A stretch of DNA of 64,000 bases. Source: Vicugna vicugna. Lineage: Eukaryota. The stretch covers positions 3,672,081 through 3,736,080 of the forward strand of contig MU058718.1 of the NCBI GenBank assembly GCA_013265495.1. The letters are read 5' to 3'. The notes beneath the pieces were generated by a model. It had not been told where the DNA came from. It saw only the letters and a program-made list of their open reading frames with translations, and searched no databases. The first letter of the stretch is position 1, and every line of letters begins with the position of its first letter. Below, piece after piece: positions 50,429-62,620 of this stretch. The position numbers and the translations under genes were made by a program.

Positions 50429-51054
50429 TGAGGAAAGAAATTTTCACATATTGAAAATATACATACATATGGAGGTATGGGGAAGTCATTCTGAATTATA
50501 CATGAATTAACTTTAATTTTATGCTAGCTAAAATTGCCTGTTCATACGTGTATATATCTATCAAAATTCATCAAATTTTACATCTGAGATATGTGCAGTG
50601 TACTGTACAGGAATTATACCACAATAAATGTGTTAAAAATAATAAAATAAAATAGCCTGTTTGTGGCCTAGCCAACACACATTGTACATTTGTTTTAATT
50701 ATTGAAGACAAAGGCTCACTGACCAGAAGTAAAGAATGTTTGTGTTAAAAATAAAAATTAAATGCCTCCCTTCCTGGTAAATGCTGGTACTCCTTCAATG
50801 GTAAGACTACCTTCCCAGGTGTCAAGGCCAACTGACTCTGTATTCTACGCTGGTCTATTTTTTTCTTTTTTTTAATCTTAAAGGAATGTATCCCTGACTT
50901 GTTTAATGTTCTTTGTTCTGACAAGATACAGAACTACACCGACCGACCATTTCCTCAGTTATCTGAGAGGCTGTCTTCCTGGCTTACAGTTCTCCGTTTG
51001 GCACAAATAAAACTCTTTCCTATTCCTATTACAGATTAATGGTTTCCATCGACA
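50429..51054 (+). mobile_element. ERV-type LTR (MER34/MER39-like) containing a short L1 insertion (~50543-50650)
   Basis: LTR-like 3' end ctccgtttggcacaaataaaactct...tcgaca; the L1 piece is flanked by taaaattgcctgtt/taaaatagcctgtt. 5' boundary uncertain. Confidence 0.5.
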
Positions 51055-51770
51055 CCTCCAAGAGGAAATATGTGACTAGTAAGTATAACAAGGATACCGA
51101 TGATTAAATAAAAATATATTAATATGAAATTTATCTTCAATAAACCATAGTAAAAACTCCATTTTGGCTTTTTCCTCCGTTTTTCCCTTTATCAGAAAGA
51201 TGCACTCCCTGTCACTCAGGAGACTACAGATTTATACTTGCTTCATTATTATCCGATGGATTAAAGTTTTCAACTTAAGAGTCATCTAGATTTTTTGGGT
51301 GCAGCACTAGCCTAAGGGTGGTATTCCTTCAACGCTTGCGGGCAGTCTGCGTTATCTCGGACCTAAATTTACCAACCCAAAACGCTCCAAGAGGGATGTC
51401 CTCTCTGGTGCACGAGGAGCGAATGCGTCTGTCTCAGGGGGCGTCACCGGCTCCGTCCCGGTCCTGAGAGAAAAATCTGTGGGTAGAGGAGGCTCCACCG
51501 CAGGAGCGCGCGAGGGCCTCCAGCGCTCAGGCGGGCGGGCTTCGTTCTTCGTCCTCTCGTGTCCGCGGGACTGACTCTCGCTGACGGGGAGTGAAGGCGG
51601 CCGCCGTTCCTTGGAAAGACAGTGGAACCAGGCCGTTAGCTGAGGGCGCAGACCGTCATCCCGCAGCCCGAGCCGCGCAGGGGACTGGGGAGGGGGAGGG
51701 GCGAAGGCGCTCGCGCAGCGTCGAGTTTCCCAGAATTCCCAGCGGCCGCGGGGAAAGTTTACGGGACGTA

Positions 51771-51800
51771 GGCGGCGGCGGAGGCGGCGGCGGCGGCGGT
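51771..51800 (+). repeat. Interrupted GGC repeat (GGC)3GGA(GGC)5GGT
   Basis: Direct read. Confidence 0.9.
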
Positions 51801-51829
51801 AGCGGTTACTAGGCGGCCCGCGGCCGACC

Positions 51830-51946
51830 ATGGCCCTGGCCGGGCGTCCCTGGTCTCTCCTCTCCGAGTCCTGGGGCGACGTCGCGGAGCGGGCAGACTT
51901 CCGGGAAGGAACTGACAAGCGATCGAGCGGCGGCCGGCGCGCATAG
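51830..51946 (+). other. Candidate uORF1 of SAV1 (38 aa: MALAGRPWSLLSESWGDVAERADFREGTDKRSSGGRRA)
   Basis: ATG in strong Kozak context (GACCATGG), stop TAG 51944-51946. Requires the TSS to lie upstream of 51830 (not proven). Confidence 0.5.
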
Positions 51947-51956
51947 CGCCCCGAAC

Positions 51957-52085
51957 ATGCGGCAGTCTCTGTGGGCGACCCCGGGCTGCGGAGAGGCGGC
52001 GGCGGCGAAGGCTCGGGAGGGAAGGAGGCGGCGGCGCCGGCGGAGGTGGCGGCCGGGACACCCGGCGTCTGGCACGGAGCCCTAG
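51957..52085 (+). other. Candidate uORF2 of SAV1 (42 aa, contains Arg8)
   Basis: AACATGC start (A at -3), stop TAG 52083-52085; same frame as the main ATG 39 nt downstream. Confidence 0.55.
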
Positions 52086-52124
52086 GGAGGCTGCTTGGCG
52101 TGGCCTGGAGCCTCGTGGACAAGG

Positions 52125-52218
52125 ATGCTGTCCCGAAAGAAAACGAAAAACGAAGTGTCCAAGCCGGCCGAGGTGCAGGGGAAGTACGTGAAGAAGGAGA
52201 CGTCGCCTCTGCTGCGGA
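52125..52218 (+). CDS. SAV1: SAV1 coding exon 1: MLSRKKTKNEVSKPAEVQGKYVKKETSPLLR(N)
   Basis: ATG at 52125, donor A|gtgagt; matches the recalled Salvador homolog 1 N-terminus. Confidence 0.96.
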
Positions 52219-53544
52219 GTGAGTGTCGGGAGGGGCGCGCCCACACCTGGCCGGGGCGGCCACGGGCTGCGAGGAGCCGGGCGGGCGCCGTTCCTCGCGC
52301 CTTCTTATTCCTTTTGGTTTCTGTAAAATACTGTTTTTTTTTTTAATTTCATTACGCCGAAGAGGTGCTCGTTCTTTGAAAGCTGACAAAGAGTAAGAAA
52401 CTTAGATTAGTCCACTCCCGCACCCCTGTCCCCAAATAACCACAGACTTCCCCGTCCCTTTATTAGTTTTGATTACTGGGAGAAAGAGGCTCTTTAGGAA
52501 ACGCTTAAATTACTGATTCCCTGATGCTATAGAAATTAAAGTGATTAGACTGGGGCGTACTTTTTCCTCTTCCAGTTACGTCGAGGTTTGCCTTGTGTTT
52601 GCAAACATTGTGGGTGTCACTCGCCAGTGCTGGAAGTTGTGCGAACTCTTGGGTAGAATTCCTTAGCCCAGCTATTGGATGCTCTTGGATGAGGTGAAAG
52701 CTGATTGTCGCTATTGTAGCCGCTACCCAAAGCCTCATCAATCGTAGATCTCAGGGTAGAAGAGAAAAAAGTATAAGTATTTGGCTATGTTCGTGAGAAT
52801 TGCTTCAAATAACCCTCCCCCCCCGCCCCCCGAGACTCCAAAAAGGCAAAGTACTCAAAATAATTTCTTCATATTTCCCGGAAATTACCGAAAAGTGTGT
52901 GTGTTTGTTTTTTAAAACTTTAACAGAATGCATTTTTTTCTTACGCCACTCCGGCACTTTTCTGTTCAGTTTAAGTTTCTGACTCTAATTTTCCAGCTGA
53001 ATCTTTTGAATTTTTAATTCTTGCTTGTGAGGTAAGGAGCTAATTTTTTGGTGCTCATACTGCATGCTGGGCCCTTTGTGTAAGTTTCCTTCTTGGAAGC
53101 TCGTAGTAACCTTGTGACTTAAGCATTACCTCATATTGTAATTGGGAAAGCTTGTCATAGAGGTTCCTAGTAATGTTTGTCCAAAATCACACAAAAAGGG
53201 GTGGAGAGCATGTTTTTCCATTGTAACTACGTCATCAACTTTCCAGATTTATCCTTGTATTTGCAGTGTTTTCTTATAGAACAGAACAGATCGGATGGGT
53301 ATTCCAGTAATCTTGAACTTGATTTTTAAACTTTTTTTTAACAGTTTAATTTTCAGTTGCACCTTCTCTTTTGATTTTGGCTAATTTTATGATAGCTTAC
53401 AGTTTGCTGCAAATAAGATTTATTGAACATTATTTGAAATCGTTAAATATGTTTGCCACACCTTTAAGCAAATAACTTTTGATATAGTATTTTGTTTCTG
53501 TTTTAGTTTCATCAAATACGTGTGTGGTGGTGGTGGTTTTTTAA

Positions 53545-53620
53545 GTGGAGCTGCTGGAGATTGAACCCAGGACCTCCTGCGTGCTAAGCCTGCGCTCTAC
53601 CACTGAGCTATTCTCACCAC
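53545..53620 (-). mobile_element. tRNA-derived SINE (Vic-1-like)
   Basis: gattgaacccaggacctcctgcgtgctaagcctgcgctctaccactgagcta. Confidence 0.8.
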
Positions 53621-54570
53621 TCTAAATCAAATGTTAAGCCTTGTTTATTGGGATATTAAGTTTTTGTCTAGAGTTAACTTTGATGCTTACTAATATGAGT
53701 GCTCTCTGAAAGTGTTTACTTAATGAACTAGTAAAACGGTCTCCAAGTCCAGTTTTCTTCATGTTTTGAAGTTATTTGCTTTCTAACCAGGAATGCCTAA
53801 ACTGTTTAAATTCTGTATTCAGAAGTACTGTTTACTTAAAGCCATTGTTCTTCTGTTATCTTCTGCTTTGAATTATAATTGTTCTGAAAGGAGCCACAGT
53901 TTCAGGCTTGGAGTGTTTTTGAACTGATTCAACATTTGTGTGCATCTTTGAAATGAGACATTTTTATTTTTTAATTTTTATAGTTAAATTTTTAGCTTTT
54001 CCAGCTCTTAATTACTGTACTAGTACTACATAATTTCAAGAGTAGGAAGACCAGATTGATAATTTAAAAAATCTTTTTAAAGGAGTCTACCTTTGCATGT
54101 TTGGGAATAGCATTGGGTTCTGTTTTTTTTTTTAATTGTGTTTGCTTGAAGAAGGACTTGGGGAATTTTGAAAATGAAGTAAAATCAACAAGACAAATTG
54201 TAATGTTAAATTATGCCGATAAATTGTGTATCCATTTGTTAGATTGTTTACTATTTTTACACATTTATTCATAAGTATTTCATTAATATTTATTTCATAG
54301 CTAAGCTTATTGACATTTCCTCATATTATATGTGGTAATATGCAGAATATTTGATTTTGTCAGAGCTTACACATAACACATTCACACAAATTATAAATTC
54401 ATTTGAGTGGGAAGATGTCAGTCTAAATTTTAAAATACCCAAATAATATCCTAAAATTTAAATTGTGTTTTCCTAAGTCCATTGAAATTTTTCATTTTGG
54501 GGTGATAGATGTAAATGACCAATTTCTGAAAAGTGTATTACTTACTGATCATTTTATTCTTTCATTACAG

Positions 54571-55014
54571 ATCTCATGCCTTCATTTATCCGGCACGGTC
54601 CAACAATTCCAAGACGAACTGATATCTGTCTTCCAGATTCAAGCTCTAATGCCTTTTCAGCTTCTGGAGATGGAGTAGTTTCAAGAAACCAGAGTTTCCT
54701 TAGAACTCCAATTCAAAGAACACCTCATGAAATAATGAGAAGAGAAAGCAACAGATTATCTGCACCTTCTTATCTTGCCAGGAGTCTAGCAGATGTCCCT
54801 AGGGAATATGGCTCTTCTCAGTCATTTTTAACAGAAGTTAGTTTTGCTGTTGAAAATGGAGATTCTGGTTCCCGATATTATTATTCAGATAATTATTTTG
54901 ATGGTCAGAGGAGGCGCCCACTTGGAGATCGCACACATGAAGACTATAGATATTATGAATATAACCATGATGTCTTCCAAAGAATGCCACAGAATCAGGG
55001 GAGGCATGTTTCAG
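54571..55014 (+). CDS. SAV1: SAV1 coding exon 2: (N)LMPSFIRHGPTIPRRTDICLP...RMPQNQGRHVS(G)
   Basis: ttacag|AT...CAG|gtaagg; 444 nt; track ORF 54576..55031. Confidence 0.97.
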
Positions 55015-55761
55015 GTAAGGTAAAATTATAAATATTACATTGTTTTGTGTTTGGACATACTAACACTTCATTGAAAAGGTATTCTTTTCTGAATTTTCTT
55101 GGGAAGCCAGTAGATACTCCTAGAGAACTACTTCTCCATTTTGCCATACTTGCTAAACCACCTTGCAAATTAACCTACACTGAGGGAAAGAATTTTGTGT
55201 CCATTAACTCATTTAATCAACTTATTTTATAAAAACTTGGTACTTATCTGAAGGCTATGTAGACTGTGTAACACTGTGAACCTTGAAAACCTGGAGAATT
55301 TAATGTCTACAGTCGGACTGAATCTTGGTTTAGATTTGGTAGAATGGGAAGGTTAGGGTTTCAGAGAAACTAGACTGAAACCCACAAAAGGAAAGGCAAA
55401 TAGGAAGAAGGGGCATAGTGGGCAATACCATAGCAGCTGCATCGATACTTAGCTAGAACCTTCTGTGTTTCTCTTCACAGAACTGTTTTGTAGTTAAATA
55501 ATTATTTCCCTAGTTGGTGAAAAAGACATTTTTGTCAAATGGTTAATTGTTGTGTTAAGCATGTCCTTTTGTTTTTCTTTTTGGAATGGGCAAAAATATT
55601 TTCCATGTAATTTATAAAATCTAATTTCTGCGTTTGCTTACTTGGGGATAATTGGACAAGAAACAGAAGAGCTAGGAGAAATGCACAATTTTCCCTTATT
55701 CCTAAAGTACTATGTTACCCTGGATAAACTAAAGCAAATAAGGTGACTTAAAAACAGTTTG

Positions 55762-55908
55762 TTGGGAGAGGATATACGTTCAAGTGGTAGAACGCATGCT
55801 TAGCATGCATGAGGTCCTGGGTTCAATCCCCAGTACCTCCTCAAGAATAAATCAGTAAATAAACAGAATTACCTCCTTCCACCAAAAAACCAAAAAACCA
55901 AAAAAAAA
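55762..55908 (+). mobile_element. Full-length tRNA-derived SINE (Vic-1-like) with 12-bp TSD
   Basis: TSD aaaaacagtttg at 55750-55761 and 55909-55920, at an L1-endonuclease TT/AAAA site. Confidence 0.9.
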
Positions 55909-58900
55909 AAAAACAGTTTGGAGTATGAGTGTTCTGAGTAGAAAACGTTTCATTTATTTAGTATTAACCATTTATGTGGGTCTAATGTTTTCCCTGACCC
56001 TCTTCGTATCTGCCTTCTGATACCTTATGTAAGAGAACAAACCAATATATACAAAACGATCACAGAACAGTTAGTTGTTACACTTTGTGGTACTGACTGT
56101 AAGTGCAATAGGAACTCAGAAGAGAGAGATCAGGGTAGGCTAGAATACTTAAAGAATGGTTCTTGGAAAAGGTAGGAACTGAACTGTGTGCTTTGAGCTT
56201 GGAGTTTAGATAACAGGGGACATAGGAAGGACATTAGGTGGAAAATCAGGAATAACCCTGTGAAAACAGTAGACGTGACATAAATCCAAGGAACTGTGTA
56301 GTTCTACCTAGTTAGAAGATGTAAGTTGTAAGGTGGAATGGAGATTAGTGGTGCTACAGCAGGCTATAGGATTTAGACTTGAGTCAAGCAGAAGCCATTG
56401 CAGATTGAGGGATGAGGGAAAGAGAAGAATCAGATAGGATTAGCAAAGCCCCTGGCTGTGTAGGAGGTGCTCCTAAAAAAATGGTTGAGTAAGTGAATGG
56501 ATCCACAGATTTCAAGTCTGGAGTCTTAAGACACTTTTGGTAGCTGAGGGATAGCTTATAACAATCTGCTGTTAATACAGATTGTTGTTCTTCACACTTC
56601 CTTTCGCATGTATATTTATGTTGCAAACATCACTGATAGCTCATGACATTTTCATGCTTGAAGTATGAAGAATTGATGATACCAAGCTAAAATCTTGTTT
56701 TAAAATTCTGATTTGCAAAATATCATGGAGGAAATGCTGTAAAAACTGAATTTCTACTGATCCTCTCTTGGGACCCTACTTATGCAATCTAACGTAGTTT
56801 TTGTAATTTTAATGACACATTTTTAAACAACTTTCCAATCACAATTTATTTTTTAATTTTTTTCAATCACAATTTAGAAATAAACAAAATACAAGTTAAT
56901 TGGATACTTATTCAGATTAAAGAATGTCATTCAAAAAAAGATTTGCATTTATTAAGGCAGTGATAGATGCTTGATAAATTTCACTTAACATTAATTTATA
57001 TCAGAGCAGTAAGAATGCTTTACCTTTCAGGAAAAAACAGTACTTCTTTGCAGGAATCTCTTAAGTGGCAGGAAAGGATTAACAACCAATTATTAACCAA
57101 ACAGAAAAGCCTAACAGCTGTTTTTTCCAGAAAGGAAAAAAATCTGAGTATGAAACAATAGCTGGAAATTTCTTGAATTCATCTTGAAAAGGTTTGAAAC
57201 TTAATATATATTCAAGATTTATGCTGGAGAGAGTTTAAGGAATTGAATGAATGGAAAGGAGAAAGTAAGTTTGTGGGAGAGTAAGGATGTTCTATGGACA
57301 GATCTGTTTTCACAAGGTTTAAATTTTGATTGCTCTTACTAATGTAATAAGAATAAAAAAGTATGGAAGAAAATAGTTTTCGAATGATTTGAGAGTAGTA
57401 TTCCTGCTAATTAGTTATTAGTTAGACTTTTAGGAAATACCCTATCTCTAGGGTTAATTTCATCTCATTGTATTTGGCAGAAGTACAAAAAAAGTTGTAT
57501 AATATCTTAAAAGTTTTTAGGGCCTAGCAAGTTCTACATTTAGCTGTGAAATTTGACCTTTAACATTTTGGCCTACATACCAGTCAGGCACTTACTGTAT
57601 GTGCCAAAGGAAGGAATTCTGCTGCTAACAGGAAATCTTTAGTTGGAATACTAAAGGCAGATTGAATTCCTTTGTTTGTCCTAATAATTTAGTCCTGTTC
57701 AATTTTAAGTAACAAACTTGTAACTCATTTTTAAAGACAGCTAAAGAAGTCAGGTTATAAAAATCAAATTAAAATGTTCCAGGCTTTACAAAAAAATATT
57801 GGAGTTGTGTTTATTCCAGGAAATGTATAAATAAGTATTTTGTGAACCAGAATCTTCTTTTGAGGAAGTGTTAATAATCTTTAGGGGTACAACTTTATTT
57901 GTAATTAAATTTTGGAGAGGAGGGAAAAAGGCATTTGACTTGGTTTAATACTTTTATCTCTTTATCAACATCTCGATTATAACATGTACTGTAATGTTTA
58001 GTGTCTGTTACCCTGGATCTTATAGCCTTCATTGGAGTTCCAGATTCCATTTATTCTCCAGCGACTACAACGGTAGGAAACTAGAATTTTTGAGCTTGTC
58101 TGTAAGTGCAGATTTTGTAGATATCTGCCTAGTTGTATGAGATTAAGTTCTTTGGAGGCATATCTAGTGAAAGCTTGGTGGAGAGACAAAGTAATACTTT
58201 ATCTGTGCCTTTGGGAAATCACGTATTTAGATTATTAATGTTTTAGTTTATTTTATATAAGTGGAAGGTGCATGTACAATTAACTCCTGCAAATGGAAGT
58301 TATTTTGAAGATTATGAATGCCACTCATTCTTTTCCGGGACTAATTGAAATTATGGGAAACTAATTTTTTCTTTGTAGCTCAGAAGGAAGTTCTTATTTT
58401 TCTGACTGAGTTCAGAATTTATAGATTGCTTTTTCTATTGTTAGTGATAGTCATTTTGTGTGTGAAGAATTATGGTTGATCGTTTGTGGTAAGATTATGT
58501 AGTGGGTAATAAATTTGTCATATGACTTTATACCATTTGTGTGGCTTATGGTAAAATAACTTATTCAGACCTTTGTTTCCTTGTCTAACTTGGTAGTGAT
58601 ACCACTAGCTCATAGAGCTGATTGAGTATGAAATAGCACATACGGAAAGGGCCAGGTACAGGGTAGACACTCGTAATTGTGAGTGCTCATGTCTTTTGTA
58701 AGAGTGTTATGTGCTGTCCTCTGCTTTTCCCAGGTTTGGCGTGTTTGATTACCAAAGTTTCAGCTTTCTTGCTGAACTTAAGAATGGAGGTCTGGTATGT
58801 TAGAGCTTGATAAAGCTTTTTTTTTTTCTTTGAAGTCTGCTAGACTTATTTTATTACTTAGAATGTTTTTTTGTTTGAGATCAATGGTTTCTAGTCTTTT

Positions 58901-61186
58901 TGTACTATACATTCTTCTCTCAATAGGTTTTATAGAATTATCCAAATAATAGGTTGAAAAAAATTTAGTGTACATGGCAGTTTCAAAAAGTACAGGTGGG
59001 GTTTGCCATGAAACTAAACTGTTTATAGATATCTCTAAAAAGGTTAGGAATCATGGTCTCACATGGTGTTGATAAAGCCAGTGAGTCTGTTTGGAACTTT
59101 GTGAACTTTATGGCTCCCTTATCAACTTGTCAAGGTTTAGTTGCTGAATATTTTATACTTATAGAGAGGTCTTTGTGTTTGCTCTAAATATGAATTTCAA
59201 GTTTACCATGGGTTAAAATCTGGTGTTAGGTATCTACTATTGTTTAAATGTAAAAATACCTGTGTTTCTAGATTGAGGCAAGTTCAGTACATGGAAATTT
59301 GAATTTTCTAAACAGATGAATGAAATTACCACAGACTTTAATACTCCTAGGCCTGTACAATTTTAAATTACTGTAATAGTTTTTTGTTTTTAATGCTGCA
59401 TTTAGAATTCTATTTATATATTTCCAGGCAGACCTCTTGTCAGGCCGAAATGTTATGGTTCTTATTAATAACTCAATTTGAGTACATTCAATTGACTATA
59501 ATTTTTAAAAAAATTGCTATTCTTGGCTATGGCTAGAACTATAACATTTTTAGTGATGAAAGTATGAGAAAGTATAAAGCCATTGCATGCTTATACAATG
59601 TGATTTTAGTGTTTTACTAAGTGCATGTCTTTAGCACACTGGCTTATTTTTTTTCTGTTTAAATATTTTCTTTTTAAGTACTGAAGTTGCTTAAGCTACC
59701 CTTATTAAATAAACGTTCAGTTGCAGGTGACAGAAGCCAAGGCCTGTTAGCTTTGTTTTGTTTCATAGTCACCGTATGTTTTAGAAATATATGCCTTTCT
59801 TCCTAAAGGGTACTGAGCAAGAATGATTTTGTTTTCTTTCTTGCATTTTCCTTCCTGCCAGAGTTCTTCATAGGTGGTATTGCATACATTCTATTGCATC
59901 AGTTCCAGAGACACATAATGACTGATTTCTCTTTTTGTGATGTTAAAATTGATCATGGAGTAAGATGTCATCCGAATTCATCCATCATGATGTTCTCCGT
60001 CAACTTTTTACCTATTGATTTGAAAGCCGTTAATGATTATTGGCTAGATCCAGTATTTCATTAGGTGTTGCAAATAGTGATACTCTAATTTTGTTGTTTA
60101 TTTATTTGTTAGTTGAAATTCTATAATGAAGACCTTTACTTTTTCAATTATTGTTCATGTAAAACAGGATAAATGCTAGCTCTTTCCTTTTATTTATTAT
60201 TTTTTCAGAATAATAAATTGGTACCCTAGCCACCTCCAAAGGTAACCAATGAGTTTTTATTTTTAGTATATTTATGAACTCAGGGATTAAAAAAAAATTA
60301 AACACCAAGCTTTATTTAGATTTTACCAGTTATTTCATTAATGTTCATTCTCTGTTACAGGATCCAGTGCAGAGTACCACATTGCATTCAGTTGTCATAT
60401 CTCCTTAGTGTTCTTTGGTTGATGACAATTCCTTAGTCTTTTATTCTTCATGACTTTGACAGTTTTAAGGAGTACTTGTCAGATATTTTGTAGACTGTCC
60501 CTCAACTGGGACTTTGATGTTTTTCTTATGATTAGACTTGGCTTATTGGTTTATGAAAAGAATACCACGGAGGAGAAGTGTTTTCATCATACTTTATAGA
60601 AGAGATATATGATCTCTATATGACGTTACTGGTGCTGTTTACCTTCAGCAACTGGTTAAGATTTGCCAGGTTTCTCCACTATAACAAACACTGCGTGTTC
60701 TTCTAGTTTTTGTCTTCATTGTTGTTTCTTTCTTGAGCATACCTTTTATGTCTATAGTCTTTACATCTGCTTTTTGGATTCTTGCATTTCTTCCTTATGG
60801 TCTTCTTTCAGGGAGTTGTTGCTTCAATCTTTTTACTCTTTTAATTTATGGTAGTGGCAGAATATTTCATTTTTTTCTCTGCTTTGGGACAACATTTTTC
60901 TGAATGTTGTTTTTAATGGATTTTGTATCTTTTTGCCTCTTTAATTTTTCTTATAGAACTGGTGTTGTGCTGTTCTTATTACACGTTATTGAATAATATA
61001 GATATTTCTAGCTAGTTATTTAAAATTGGCTCTTGTCTTTGCCAGAGAGGTTAGGGGGTTGTGTAGGGAAAAGGAAAAATTATTTCAAGATAGTGTTTTG
61101 GGATAGGTAATTTTTCACAGTGCTCTGTTCTTATTTTTCCACTTCTTTCCTTATTGTTCTTCTAGCCCAGCTGCATTTGGTAGTTT

Positions 61187-61192
<6 letters not shown>

Positions 61193-61258
<66 letters not shown>
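61193..61258. repeat. Compound microsatellite (TG)22(TA)11
   Basis: Direct read. Confidence 0.95.
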
Positions 61259-61445
61259 AGATTGAGGAGAGGGATTATACCTTCTTTTTTAAAATTTTTT
61301 TTCCTTTTTTTAGTTTATTTTTTCTTGTCCACTTTATATTTTTAATTCTTATTTTTTATTGAAGTGTAGTCAATTTACAGTGTTAGTTTCAGGTATACAG
61401 CAAAGTGATTCATGTATGATGAACATATACATATACTTTTTTTAA

Positions 61446-61448
<3 letters not shown>

Positions 61449-61476
<28 letters not shown>

Positions 61477-61590
61477 GAGGGGCGTAATTAGGTTTATTTA
61501 CTTATTTATTTTTCGGAGGTACTGGGGATCGAACCCAGGATCTCATGCATGCTAAGCATGCACTCTACCAACTGAGCTATATCTCTCCTT
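61449..61590 (-). mobile_element. tRNA-derived SINE (Vic-1-like) with (CA)14 tail
   Basis: gtaattaggtttattta...ggaggtactggggatcgaacccaggatctcatgcatgctaagcatgcactctacc. Confidence 0.85.
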
Positions 61591-61592
61591 CC

Positions 61593-62148
61593 TTTTTTTT
61601 CATTGAAGTTTAATTGATTTACAATATTGTAGAAGTTTCAGTTGTACAGCATAGTGATTTGGGTTTTGTGCAGATTATATTTCATTATAGGTTATTATAA
61701 GATATTGGTTATAATTCTCTATGCTTACAGTAAATCCATGTTGCCTATCTATTTTATGTATAATAATTTGTGTCTGTCTGTTAATCTCATACTCTTACTT
61801 GTCCTTCTCTTCCCCTTTTGGTAGCCATAAGTTTGTTTTCTATGTCATAAGTCTGTGTCTGTTTCATATAAAGATTGTTTTGTATTATTTTTTAGATTCC
61901 CCAGATAAATGATATCATATAGTATTTTTCTTTCTCTGACTTATTACACTAAGCATAATATTCTCTAGGTTCATTCATGTTGCTCCAAAAGGCAAATTTC
62001 ATTCTTTTTGTTTATGGCTGAGTAATATTTCGGTGTGTGTGTGTGTTTACAAACATATACACACACCACATCTTCTTTAGCCAGTCATCTATTTGTGAGC
62101 ACTTGGGTTGCTTCCATGTACTGGCTGTTGTAAATTGTGCCACTGTCA
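61593..62148 (-). mobile_element. L1 3' end; a second short L1 3' tip lies at ~61350-61445
   Basis: ttgaagtttaattgatttacaatattg...gccataagtttgttttctatgtc...cacttgggttgcttccatgtactggctgttgtaaat. Confidence 0.8.
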
Positions 62149-62314
62149 AAGAGGAAGTCTAGTTCCTCCCTTCTCCTGTAATTAAGTAATAGTTAATACT
62201 GGCTAGTTTTGTGAAAATTTTTATTTTTAATGATAAAATTGTGACTTTTAACAGAAGAGTATATTTGGGAATTAATTTTATAACTTTCTCAGATGGAATA
62301 TTTTTTAGCTGTGA

Positions 62315-62620
<306 letters not shown>

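Larger units (their letters stand above)
51330..52370. promoter_or_regulatory. SAV1: CpG island / SAV1 promoter and first exon
   Basis: Abrupt GC/CpG-rich block in an AT-rich background, with GC boxes, ETS motif ACTTCCGG at 51897-51904 and GAS-like motifs; contains the SAV1 start codon. Confidence 0.92.

Noticed and set aside
29400..51300. Hidden gene or processed pseudogene in the NIN-SAV1 intergenic region
   Set aside because: Only L1, L2, MIR, MLT1, LTR and SINE remnants and short random ORFs were recognisable; no spliceable coding chain or protein similarity was seen.
51352..52389. 345-aa minus-strand ORF and other overlapping ORFs across the CpG island
   Set aside because: Non-ATG (TTG) start and low-complexity Pro/Arg/Ala composition. 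Long ORFs are expected in GC-rich DNA depleted of stop codons, and there is no recognisable domain.
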